Assembly (NCBI GenBank): GCA_023150565.1
Contig: JAKLKR010000001.1
Span: 42,180 to 106,179 of the forward strand
DNA: 64,000 nucleotides
Direction of reading: 5' to 3'
Origin: Planctomycetota bacterium
GTDB taxonomy: Bacteria > Planctomycetota > UBA11346
Shown here: positions 30,588-39,775 of the stretch, piece by piece
How the letters are laid out: every line of letters starts with the position of its first letter
Numbering within the stretch: the first letter of the stretch is position 1
The notes under the pieces: generated by a model
Seen by the model: only the letters and a program-made list of their open reading frames with translations
Database searches by the model: none
Told to the model about the DNA's origin: nothing
Program-made: the position numbers and the translations under genes

Positions 30588-31156
30588 GGCGTCGGCGGGG
30601 CAGGGGGGATGACGAGGGCTTGGGCGACGGTGCGGGCGGTGGCTTCGCCGGCGAGCAGGCGCACCAGCGACAGCCCCAGGTGCAGGGCGGTGCCGGCGCT
30701 CTGGCTGGTGACGAGATTGCCGTCCACCACCACCGGTTGATCGAGCCAGGCGGCGGCGTGGGGTTCCACCGCCACGCGCGAAGCAGGGTACGAGGTCACC
30801 CGCCGTCCGGCGCACAGCCCTCGCGGCACCAGGGCGATGGGGCAGGCGCAGATCGCCGCCAGCAGGCGGCCGGAGCGGAGCTGGCGTTCGGCCAGATCCT
30901 GCACCGCCGCATCGTCACGGCAGAATTCCGCCGAGCCCTTGCCGCCGGGCAGGTAGACGAGGTCGAAGGGGCGCGCGGCCACCGAGGCCAGGCTGGTGTG
31001 GGCGCACAGGGGCAGGCCGCGGCTGCCGCGTACCACCGGCAGGTCGACCGCGCTCGCCACCAGCACCTCGGCACCGCCGCGCACCAGCAGGTCGGCCACC
31101 GCGATGGTCTCGATCTCCTCGGCGCCGGGGGCAAGGACGATGCAGCAGGACGGCAT
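30584..31156 (-). CDS. DJ-1/PfpI (YajL/ThiJ-type) protein
   Basis: GAEEIE, LPGG, AICACP (nucleophilic Cys), VVVDGNLVTSQ. Confidence 0.9.
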   Translation of the reverse strand: MPSCCIVLAPGAEEIETIAVADLLVRGGAEVLVASAVDLPVVRGSRGLPLCAHTSLASVAARPFDLVYLPGGKGSAEFCRDDAAVQDLAERQLRSGRLLAAICACPIALVPRGLCAGRRVTSYPASRVAVEPHAAAWLDQPVVVDGNLVTSQSAGTALHLGLSLVRLLAGEATARTVAQALVIPPAPPTP

Positions 31157-31203
31157 GCAGGCTCCGGGTTGCCAGGGGGGAAGGTGCCCCGATCCTGGCG
31201 CTG

Positions 31204-31893
31204 ATGACCACCGGTGCAATCCGTGCCTGCCTGTGCCTCTGCCTGTGCGCCTTCGGGTTGGCGCTGTCCGCCCAGGATGGCGCGGTGGCGGATAAGCCGC
31301 CGGCCGAGGTCGCGGCCCTGGCGGAGCGCCACCAGCGCTCGCGCACCCTGCGCGGCTCATTCTCCTGGCTGGTGCGCCCGATCCTGGGGCCGGTCGACCC
31401 GGCCAGGCGGGCGCGCAGCGGCGATTTCGCCTTCGCGGTGCCGGCCAGCTACAACATCGTCGTGCGCGACGGGGCCGATGGGCCGGTCGACCGCTGGTGT
31501 TCCGACGGCAAGGCCCGTTGGGAGGTCTCCCGTCTCAGCCCGGGTGACCCCGCCGATGTGCGGGGGCCGCTGGCGGTCGATGGCGGGGATGCCGACTACC
31601 GCCGGGTGATCGCCTGCCTGCGCCTGGATCTTGACCAGTTGGTCAGGGACCACATTCCCACCTGGCGTGGCCAGGAACGGGTGCTGGAACTGCGCCCGAG
31701 GGAGAAGGATGCGGGTGCGCGCGGCCCCCAGGTTGCCGCCATCGCCATCCAACTGGGCCCAGAAGGGGATCCTCAGCGGGTTGATATAGACCATACCGAT
31801 GGCAATCGCTGGGCGGTGGAGGTGACGCGCCTGGAGCGCGATGTCGCGCTGCCGCCGGAGCTGTTCTCCCCCCCGCTCGCCCAGCCGCGCTGA
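31204..31893 (+). CDS. LolA-like outer-membrane lipoprotein carrier/sorting protein
   Basis: Signal peptide, LRGSF...SGDFAFAVP...SDGKARW, C-terminal VALPPELFS typical of LolA-fold proteins. Confidence 0.55.
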   Translation: MTTGAIRACLCLCLCAFGLALSAQDGAVADKPPAEVAALAERHQRSRTLRGSFSWLVRPILGPVDPARRARSGDFAFAVPASYNIVVRDGADGPVDRWCSDGKARWEVSRLSPGDPADVRGPLAVDGGDADYRRVIACLRLDLDQLVRDHIPTWRGQERVLELRPREKDAGARGPQVAAIAIQLGPEGDPQRVDIDHTDGNRWAVEVTRLERDVALPPELFSPPLAQPR

Positions 31894-32033
31894 GCGCTGG
31901 GGAGACGAGGGGGAGTGCCACACCCTCGCGGCGGTTCGCTGTTCCAGCCTTTGACCCGCTTCCTGCCCGCACTTAGGTTGCCCACCCTCGCTCCGGCGGT
32001 GCCGGGGCCGCCACGCCAGAGGGACTTCGCGTC

Positions 32034-33869
32034 ATGCATAGATATCCGGTCGCCTGGGGCTTGGACATCGGTCACGCCAGCATCAAGGCGGTCAAGGTCC
32101 AACGGCTGAAGGACCAGGTCTCGGTCCTCGCCTACACCATCGAGCCGATCGCGATTCCCGAAGGCGGGGATCGTGACGAAGCCCTGATCACCGCCCTGCA
32201 GCAGATGGCGGCGCGCGAGGAATTCGGCGACACCCCGGTGGTGGCGGCGCTGTCCGGCCGCCAGGTGTGGACCAAGACGGTCAACATCCCGCTGGTGGGC
32301 ACCAAGAACGTCGAGCGCATGGTCGAACTCGAGGCGCGCCAGCAGGTGCCCGGCGACTTCGACGATGTCGAGTGGGGCTACCACACCACCCCGGCGGCCG
32401 ACGGCTCCAGCCTCGACGTGGCGTTGTTCGCGGTGAAGCGCGAGATCGCGCAGGACCTGGTGGCCAAGACCAAGCGCACCGGCCTCAATCTGGTGGGCAT
32501 CTCGGTGTCCAGCCTGGGTCTGTACAACTTCGTGCGCTACGACCAGGAGTTCCCCGAGGAGGAGACGGTCATCATCCTCGATGTCGGGGCCGAGAACACC
32601 GACCTGGTGCTCTACCAGGGCGAAGGCCTGTGGATGCGCACCCTGGCGGTGTCCGGCAACGACATCACCAAGGCGTTCATGAAGAAGTTCCGCGTCTCCT
32701 TCGAGGAGGCGGAACAGCTCAAGCGCCAGGCGGTCGACAGCCGCCAGGCCGACAAGATCATCAAGGTGATCGAGGCCAGCCTGGGCGAGCTGGCGAGCGA
32801 GGTGCAGCGCAGCCTGGGCTTCTACAAGCAGCAGAACAAGGAGGCCAAGCTCGAGAACCTGGTGATCAGCGGCAGCACCTTCCGCCTGCCCGGCCTGCCC
32901 GAATACATGGCCGAGCGCCTGCGCTACCAGGTCAACATCCTCGAAGATCTCGACAAGATCAAGGTTGCCAACGGACTCGAGCGCGACCACTTCATGCACG
33001 ACCTGCAGTCGCTGGGCGTGGCCATGGGTCTGGCCCTGCAGGGCACCGGGGCGGCGCGCGCCAACGTCGACCTGATGCCGGCCGATCTCCAGCTTGAGCG
33101 TGTGCTGCGCAGCAAGCGCTGGGCGGGGGTGCTGGTGGCGGGCGCCCTGGCGGCGACCCTGGTGGTCGACCTCTCGGTCGCCGGTTCGGTGTTCGAGCAG
33201 AACAACGCCCTGGTCGAGCGCGCCAAGAAGAACTTCAAGGAGTTCACCGGGCGCCAGAGCGAGGCCCGTACCGCCCTCGATGAGGTCCCCAAGAAGGCGC
33301 AGGAGCTCAAGGCTTTCGACCCCTACGGCGCCCACCAGGGGGTGATCTACGGCATCGCCGCCTCGGTGGTGGGCGTGCTGCAGGATGTGGTCAAGGAGCG
33401 CGGCAAGATCGAGGTCGACCTCAAGGACCGGGATCGCACCAACGCGCCGATGGTGCAGGCCGCCTATCTGCGCTCCCTGACCATTCCCGAGGTGCCATGG
33501 TTCGAGGACAGCGGCCCCTTCCGCCCCCTGGCCAAGAAGCGCGACCTCATCCTTGAGGTCAGCATCCCGCGCGACGCCAAGCCCGACGAGATCAGCCGCC
33601 AGGTGATCGATCGCCTCAAGGCGCTGCCGGTACCGGGCATGGTGGCTGATCCCGCCGCCCGGCTGTTCAGCGACGTGCAGGCGCGCGGCACCCGGCTCGA
33701 GGACGAGACCTACTGGGTGATCGACCGCAACCATGTCGATCCAGAGACCAAGAACCCCAAGCCGCTGGAGGAGGAACGCAAGGTGAAGGCCTCGGTGTTC
33801 ACCTTCGTCTGCACCCTCAACGTCCCGGCCTCGGCATCCGCTCCGGCGGCCCCGGAGGTGAAGCCATGA
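32034..33869 (+). CDS. pilM: Type IV pilus assembly protein PilM fused to a PilN-like C-terminal region
   Basis: WGLDIGHASIKAV, EARQQVP, ILDVGAENT, GNDIT, EVQRSLGFY, LGVAMGLALQG. Then VDLMP (PilN INLLP-like), TM helix, coiled coil and periplasmic domain. Confidence 0.88.
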   Translation: MHRYPVAWGLDIGHASIKAVKVQRLKDQVSVLAYTIEPIAIPEGGDRDEALITALQQMAAREEFGDTPVVAALSGRQVWTKTVNIPLVGTKNVERMVELEARQQVPGDFDDVEWGYHTTPAADGSSLDVALFAVKREIAQDLVAKTKRTGLNLVGISVSSLGLYNFVRYDQEFPEEETVIILDVGAENTDLVLYQGEGLWMRTLAVSGNDITKAFMKKFRVSFEEAEQLKRQAVDSRQADKIIKVIEASLGELASEVQRSLGFYKQQNKEAKLENLVISGSTFRLPGLPEYMAERLRYQVNILEDLDKIKVANGLERDHFMHDLQSLGVAMGLALQGTGAARANVDLMPADLQLERVLRSKRWAGVLVAGALAATLVVDLSVAGSVFEQNNALVERAKKNFKEFTGRQSEARTALDEVPKKAQELKAFDPYGAHQGVIYGIAASVVGVLQDVVKERGKIEVDLKDRDRTNAPMVQAAYLRSLTIPEVPWFEDSGPFRPLAKKRDLILEVSIPRDAKPDEISRQVIDRLKALPVPGMVADPAARLFSDVQARGTRLEDETYWVIDRNHVDPETKNPKPLEEERKVKASVFTFVCTLNVPASASAPAAPEVKP

Positions 33870-35149
33870 GCAAGCTCAAGCCCTACCTGTTCTGGGTGGT
33901 GATAGGCGCGGTGGTGCTGGTCGAGGTGGTGGTATTCGTGCTTGCCCTGCCGGATGTCGACGTGATTGGCAGCCTCAACGGCGCCCGCGAGACGAAGAAC
34001 ACGCTCGACAAGGACTACAAGCAGCTCGAAGAGTTGGCGGTGCGCGCCAAAGAGGGCATCCCCCCCGGCCAGTTCGATGCCGAGCAGCCGGCCGAGATCG
34101 ACAACCTGGTGAAGAAGTACCTCATCACCCCGGCTTGGAAGCCGGTGCTGGAACGCCAGGTCGAGGATTACCGCAAGACCTCGGCCGCCATTCAGCGCTA
34201 CCTGGCCCAGCGCAGCAAGCCGTTGCTGCGCCACGTCGCCGACACCGAGGACAAGCTCGAATGGTACACCGCCTACCAGAAGGAGACGGTCGAGTTGCTG
34301 CGCACCCTGCACGCCGAGCGTCGCCTGCAGCTGCCCGAGGTCCCGGTCGCCGAAGGAGTGGCCGCCGAACCTGATTTCACTGATGATGCCCGCATGCGTG
34401 AAGTGATCGGGCTCTATACCAAGCCCGGCGACTTTCCGGATCCGAAGGAGCATCCGCTGATCACTGGCCGCCTGCGCGCGGTGGAGCAGATCGCGGCCGC
34501 CCTGCGCCGGGCCAAGGCCCAGGTGGTGGTCAACCCGGTGGCGGCTGTCGGCGGCGAGGGTCTGCGTCCGGCGCGGGTCAGCGCCCTGCGCTGGGAGGGC
34601 ATGGAGGCGGCCAAGGCCGCCGCCGCCGCCCTTGCGGCCAAGGCGGCCGCGGCCGCAGCTGCGGCTGCGGGCCCTGCCGGTGGCCCGGGCATGATGATCC
34701 CCGGCATGAACTTTCCCGGCATGGAGGCCCCCATGGGTCCCACTGCCGCGGTGACGGTCGCCAAGCCGGTCAGCGATCGTGGCGATGTTGAGATGCCCGG
34801 CCAGCTGGCGGGGCTGGCTACCGGTTGGCGTGCGGTGATCGACCTGGTCGGTCCGTTGCCGTCGGTGATGGCGGCAGAGGCTGCGCTGGAGCATGGCGAC
34901 CCCCAGGGTCCGGTGCTGGTGGTGACCGCCTTCGAGATCAAGCGCAAGGAATCCTTCCGCCAGGCTGAGCGCAAGGATGTTGCCGCTGAGGATATCCGCG
35001 CCCAGGTTGCGGTGCTGGTGCTCGACTTCACCAAGGCCGGCGAACTGGCGGTGGGGGCTGAGAAGAAGGCGCAGGAGGATGCCGCTGCAGCCGCCGCTGC
35101 CGCGGCAGCCGAGCGTCCGAAATCGAAATCCAAGAAGGCGAAGGATTGA
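33866..35149 (+). CDS. Membrane-anchored hypothetical protein, PilO-position subunit
   Basis: ATGA overlap with pilM. N-terminal TM, coiled coil, Ala/Gly/Met/Pro-rich linker. Assignment is by position only. Confidence 0.55.
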   Translation: MSKLKPYLFWVVIGAVVLVEVVVFVLALPDVDVIGSLNGARETKNTLDKDYKQLEELAVRAKEGIPPGQFDAEQPAEIDNLVKKYLITPAWKPVLERQVEDYRKTSAAIQRYLAQRSKPLLRHVADTEDKLEWYTAYQKETVELLRTLHAERRLQLPEVPVAEGVAAEPDFTDDARMREVIGLYTKPGDFPDPKEHPLITGRLRAVEQIAAALRRAKAQVVVNPVAAVGGEGLRPARVSALRWEGMEAAKAAAAALAAKAAAAAAAAAGPAGGPGMMIPGMNFPGMEAPMGPTAAVTVAKPVSDRGDVEMPGQLAGLATGWRAVIDLVGPLPSVMAAEAALEHGDPQGPVLVVTAFEIKRKESFRQAERKDVAAEDIRAQVAVLVLDFTKAGELAVGAEKKAQEDAAAAAAAAAAERPKSKSKKAKD

Positions 35150-35158
35150 GGATCAGCC

Positions 35159-37099
35159 ATGGCCATGAAACCCCTGTTGATTGCTCACGGCGAGAAGGCC
35201 CTGGTGGTGGTGGTGGTGGGCCTGTGCGCCCTCGAGGTGTGGACCACCCTCGATGATCCCAGCATCCGTCCCGACAAGGCCAGCCCGGCCGAGATCGAAC
35301 TCAAGGTCGCGCTCATCGACAAGGCTCTGCGTGGTGGCGGTGCCCCCCAGCTCAAGCCGGTTCCGGCCTATCTCGAGAACCTCCAGCAGCGTTTCCGCGC
35401 CGAATTCGCCCAGCCGGGGCAGATGCCCTGGCTGACCGCGATGCCCGACCGCGGACCGAGCGACACCATCCTGCTTTACGTCTACGAACTGGCGGCTCCG
35501 ACCATCGAGGCGCGCGATCTGTCCGGTAGCGTCGAGTTGGCCATCTCGCTGCCGCAAGCGGTGCGGCAGGGTGATCGCCGGGTGTCGGATGCGGCGCAGG
35601 TGGTGTGGAGCACCCCCGCTGGGGTGAAGAATTCGGCGCGCATGGTCGGGGTGCTGGTCGAGACCCGGCCCGGCGCCGACAAGCCCTGGGCCCCGGTGAA
35701 GACCAAGGATGCGCCCAACGGCATCCTGGCCCTGCCTGGCGCCGGGGTGCCCCCACGCGCAGCTGTGCCCGAACCGCGGCCGGCAGCGCCGGGCCCCGCC
35801 CTTGGCGCCATGCCTGGTGCCGCCGCCGGCCCTGGCCCCGGCATGGACATGATGGGGGGGCCTCCGGCTCCGGTCGCGGTGGCGGAACCGGCACGCGGTG
35901 CCCTGTCGCTGCGCATCGACGGACTGGAATCCTGGACCCTGCACGAGTTCCGCGCCACCCTGGTGGCGGTGGCCACCGGCGCCACCTTGGGCAAGGAGGC
36001 GAGCAAGAGCGGATACGGCGTGCTGGTCACCGCGGGACGGGTGGTGCCCGAAAACGCCTCGATCGACGAGTTGCCCTGGGACCAGTGGCGCAAGGGGCTG
36101 GAAGGCAATGTGCCCGAGGTGGTTGGCCGCTTCCTGACCGGCCGCGCTGGGCCGCTGCCGGCGGGAATGGAATTAACCCCCGGCGAGCAGGCCTACCTTG
36201 GCCAGCCGATGGCCAAGGGGGTTCCGGTCCAGGTCACCTCCGACGTGCGGTTTGCACTCGAGCGCATCGTCAATGACCCCAACGGGGTGGCCCAGGCCCA
36301 GGTGCTGGTGACCAAGCAGTTCTCGATCCCGGGCGGCGGGGTGGTGTGGCTCAAGGAGCCACGTGGCTTCAAGGTCGCCGTGGGCAGCCGCCTGGGCGGT
36401 CCGGTGCAGGTTCCGGATCCCCGCCCTGGCCGCAATGGCATCGTCAATGCCGACCTCTCGACCCCGTTCGTGGTCGCGGAGATCCGCCGTGGGGTCGAGC
36501 GGGTCTATTACCATGAACTGCGCGAGGTGCCGCGTCAGGGTGCCAAGGGCCGTGACCTCCAGGTGGTGCCCAAGAAGGGTCTGACCGACGTGGTGGTCCT
36601 GCGCAACGAGCGCAGCGGCTCGACCTTCGAGCTGGTGCGCTTGGGCAAGGTGCCAGCGCCGGCAAAGGCGGGCACGGTCACCTATCCCACCCTCAAGGGC
36701 GAGATCGACGAGCGCGGCGAATTCGTCGCCGACCCGCTCGCCTTCCAGGTGCCGCCGTTGGAGCAACCGGCCCCGGTGCGCTGGGAGGCCGACAAGGGCC
36801 CGCTCGCCAAGCTGCGCGAGGAGCATCCCGAGGATCGGGATCTCTATACCACCGACACCGCCTACTTCGCGTTTGCGGACGGGCGGCTGGTGTGGTGGGA
36901 GAAGCTCAACAAGGTGGTGCGGCAGTGGCCGGAGCCGGCCCCTGGTGCGGTCACGGCTCCTGTTTCTGGGCCCGAGACCGCTCCACCGGTGGAGCCGCAT
37001 GCCCCGCTCCCTCCCCATCCGGGTGCCAAGCCGCCCAGGGGTGCGCCGGTCGAGCCGATGCCGCCCGGTCCCGGCCCGGTCGGGCCCAAGACGCGCTGA
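35159..37099 (+). CDS. Membrane-anchored hypothetical protein, PilP-position subunit
   Basis: HGEKALVVVVVGL N-terminal anchor, Pro-rich linkers, located between pilM/O-like genes and the secretins. Confidence 0.55.
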   Translation: MAMKPLLIAHGEKALVVVVVGLCALEVWTTLDDPSIRPDKASPAEIELKVALIDKALRGGGAPQLKPVPAYLENLQQRFRAEFAQPGQMPWLTAMPDRGPSDTILLYVYELAAPTIEARDLSGSVELAISLPQAVRQGDRRVSDAAQVVWSTPAGVKNSARMVGVLVETRPGADKPWAPVKTKDAPNGILALPGAGVPPRAAVPEPRPAAPGPALGAMPGAAAGPGPGMDMMGGPPAPVAVAEPARGALSLRIDGLESWTLHEFRATLVAVATGATLGKEASKSGYGVLVTAGRVVPENASIDELPWDQWRKGLEGNVPEVVGRFLTGRAGPLPAGMELTPGEQAYLGQPMAKGVPVQVTSDVRFALERIVNDPNGVAQAQVLVTKQFSIPGGGVVWLKEPRGFKVAVGSRLGGPVQVPDPRPGRNGIVNADLSTPFVVAEIRRGVERVYYHELREVPRQGAKGRDLQVVPKKGLTDVVVLRNERSGSTFELVRLGKVPAPAKAGTVTYPTLKGEIDERGEFVADPLAFQVPPLEQPAPVRWEADKGPLAKLREEHPEDRDLYTTDTAYFAFADGRLVWWEKLNKVVRQWPEPAPGAVTAPVSGPETAPPVEPHAPLPPHPGAKPPRGAPVEPMPPGPGPVGPKTR

Positions 37100-37315
37100 C
37101 TGCACCACACACGCGCATACCGTGAGTGACACGAACTGCGGCGCCGACCCGGCGCCGGTTTCTTCCGGGGGTTCCACCATACGGTGCGACCGTTCCCGGG
37201 CGGGCGGCCCTGCCCGCGACCACCAAGATCAAGGCGGGACGGCATTTCCCGCATCGTCCGGCATCCTTGCGATGCCGGACCGCAGCCGTCCCCTGCCACC
37301 GCGAGGAGCTGAACG

Positions 37316-39775
37316 ATGACCCGTCGGAACCTGCCCCTGACCCCGCTGATGTTGGCGTTGGCAGTGGCCCTCCCGCTCGATGTCTCCGCTGCCGAGCCGG
37401 GTCCTGGGCCCGACGCCGGTCAGGCGACGGGTACCCAGATGGCCGCCGCCGATGCCGCCTACGGGCAGGCGGTCGCCGCCTTCCGGGACGCGCGTTTCGC
37501 CGAGGCCTCGACCAAGGTGGATGAGGCCCTGCGCCTCATGCCCAGCCACCCTCAGGCGCTCGCCCTGCGCAAGGATGTGCAGGCGGTGCTCGGCCAGCGC
37601 GACGACCGGCTGGAAATGGCCGCCACCTGGTTCAAGAGCATCCAGGACGTGCAGATGCAGGAGACCGCCATCCGCATCCGCGCCCTGGTCGAGGGCGGCG
37701 ACCGCAAGTTCGCCGCCGGCGACTATGCCGGTGCCGAGTTGGACTACGACCGTGCCGAGGTCAGCCTGCGTGCGGTGCCCTACCGCTTCGACTGGGGCGG
37801 CCTGCCGGCGCAGATCGGCGGCAAGCGCGCCGAGGCGCGGGCGGCGGCGCGCAAGCAGTCGATCGACCGCGACGCCCAGGCGCGCGACCTCGCCCAGGCC
37901 CGCGCCAAGGAGCAGAACGAACTGCAGGAGCAGGCGCTCAAGGCCAAGGTCGACGAACTGCTGCGCCGCGCCAAGGAGGCCTACGGGCGCAAGGACTACC
38001 GCCGCGCCGAGGTCGATTCCTGGAACGCCTACGAACTCGACCGCCGCCGCGAGGACGCCCGCGACCTCTATCTCAAATCCCGCCGCGAAGGCCATGTGTT
38101 CTTCGACCAGCGCTACGAGGACGAGCGCCTTGAGCGCCTGGCCCGGCTGAACGAAGAGATCTACCGCTCGATGATCCCGCAGAGCGAGGTGCTGGTCTAT
38201 CCTGAGGACTGGCAGCGCCGTTCGCTGCGCAAGCCGCGCGAGATCGGTTCCAAGAAGGAGGAGCCGTGGCTGGCCCAGCTGCGCGACAAGCTCGAGCAGC
38301 GGGTGACCTTCGAGTTCACCGAGGCGCCCTTCGAGGACGTGATCGCCTTCCTGCGTTCGGTCACCCAGGTCAACATCGTGGTCGCGCCGAGCGTGATCGC
38401 CAGGGCCGGCGGCGGCACCGTCACCCTGCGCGTCAAGGACATGCGCTTCGGTGACGCCCTCAAGTGGGTGCTGCAGATCACCAGCCTGCGCATGGCGCTG
38501 CAGGACCAGGCGATCTTCATCAGCGACCAGCCGATCGCCGGCGCGGTGGTGCTGCGCATGTACGACGTCGCCGACATCATCAGCGTGCGCAAGAACTTCC
38601 CCGGCCGCGAGCTGGCGTTCTCGTCGGCCGGTGGCGGCGGGGCCTCGGGCAGCCTGTTCACCGCTCCGGCCGCCACCGATGACGCCAACAAGGCGATCTC
38701 GGTCGACGACCTGGTCGAACTGATCAAGAAGAACGTCGACGCCAAGAGCTGGGAGGGCAACACCAAGGTCGGCATCGAGCAGCGCGCCGGCTCGACCCTG
38801 TTCATCACCCACACCCCCGAGATCCAGGACCAGATCAACGAACTGCTGACCAACCTGCGCAACCAGGATGCGTTGCAGGTCAAGATCGACATGCGCCTGC
38901 TCAATGTGCGCAAGAACTACTTCGAGGAGATCGGCTTCGACTGGATCTCGCAGAGCGGCGGCCGGCCGGTGCTGTTCGCCATCCCGCCGGGCGGGTCGGG
39001 CTACATGCGCGAGAACTCCAATTCGCAGATCCTCGGCAACGTCACCAACACCCAGGCCCTGCCCGCCAATGCGGTCAACTTCTCCCAGGCCCAGGGCGGC
39101 ACCACCCGCGGCCTGCTGCTGCAGGGGGTCAACAACTACGGCAACTTCCTCTCGTCCGACCAGATCAGCGTGATCTTCAGCGCGGTCGAGAACGAGAGCG
39201 ACCTCCAGCAGGTGTCGCGCCCGCAGATCACCTGCTTCAATGGCCAGCAGGCCAACGCCTCCTTCATCACCCAGTTCGCCTACATCAAGAGCTACGAGGT
39301 GGTGAGCCAGAACCTCGACCCCAAGATGGAGGTGCTGGTGTTCGGCGACCTCATCGACATCAAGCCGGTGGTGAGTTCCGACCGCAAGTACGTGATGATG
39401 GAGGTCAAGCCGACCTCGGTCGACCTGGTGGGGGTGTTCACCGAGCAGATCGTCGCCCCGCGCGTGGTCGGCACCGGTGGCACCACCGGTGGTGTGGTAC
39501 TGCCGCCGATCTTCACCTATCCGCTCGAACTGCCCAACTTCGAGGTCAAGGGCCTGCGCTCGACCGTGATGCTGCCGGACAAGGGCAGCCTGCTGCTGGG
39601 CGGATTCCAGTCGAGCGTGCGCCAGCGCACCCACACCGGCATCCCCTTCCTGAGCCACATCCCGTTCCTCGGCCGCCTGTTCAGCCGCAACGGCAGCTAC
39701 GACGACAACCGCAAGCTCTACTACCTGCTCGGCGCCGAGATCATCCATCTCAAAGAGAAAGAAGATCTGCAGTGA
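37316..39775 (+). CDS. Secretin (PilQ/GspD family) paralog 1 with N-terminal TPR/coiled coil and STN/N3-like domains
   Basis: RBS GAGGAG, signal peptide, VTFEFTEAPFEDVI, QVKIDMR, PQITCFNGQQA, TVMLPDKGSLLLGG, GIPFLSHIPFLGRLF. Confidence 0.9.
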   Translation: MTRRNLPLTPLMLALAVALPLDVSAAEPGPGPDAGQATGTQMAAADAAYGQAVAAFRDARFAEASTKVDEALRLMPSHPQALALRKDVQAVLGQRDDRLEMAATWFKSIQDVQMQETAIRIRALVEGGDRKFAAGDYAGAELDYDRAEVSLRAVPYRFDWGGLPAQIGGKRAEARAAARKQSIDRDAQARDLAQARAKEQNELQEQALKAKVDELLRRAKEAYGRKDYRRAEVDSWNAYELDRRREDARDLYLKSRREGHVFFDQRYEDERLERLARLNEEIYRSMIPQSEVLVYPEDWQRRSLRKPREIGSKKEEPWLAQLRDKLEQRVTFEFTEAPFEDVIAFLRSVTQVNIVVAPSVIARAGGGTVTLRVKDMRFGDALKWVLQITSLRMALQDQAIFISDQPIAGAVVLRMYDVADIISVRKNFPGRELAFSSAGGGGASGSLFTAPAATDDANKAISVDDLVELIKKNVDAKSWEGNTKVGIEQRAGSTLFITHTPEIQDQINELLTNLRNQDALQVKIDMRLLNVRKNYFEEIGFDWISQSGGRPVLFAIPPGGSGYMRENSNSQILGNVTNTQALPANAVNFSQAQGGTTRGLLLQGVNNYGNFLSSDQISVIFSAVENESDLQQVSRPQITCFNGQQANASFITQFAYIKSYEVVSQNLDPKMEVLVFGDLIDIKPVVSSDRKYVMMEVKPTSVDLVGVFTEQIVAPRVVGTGGTTGGVVLPPIFTYPLELPNFEVKGLRSTVMLPDKGSLLLGGFQSSVRQRTHTGIPFLSHIPFLGRLFSRNGSYDDNRKLYYLLGAEIIHLKEKEDLQ

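Noticed and set aside
34610-34680. GCC-rich run
   Set aside because: Encodes a poly-Ala linker within a CDS and is not a separate repeat element.
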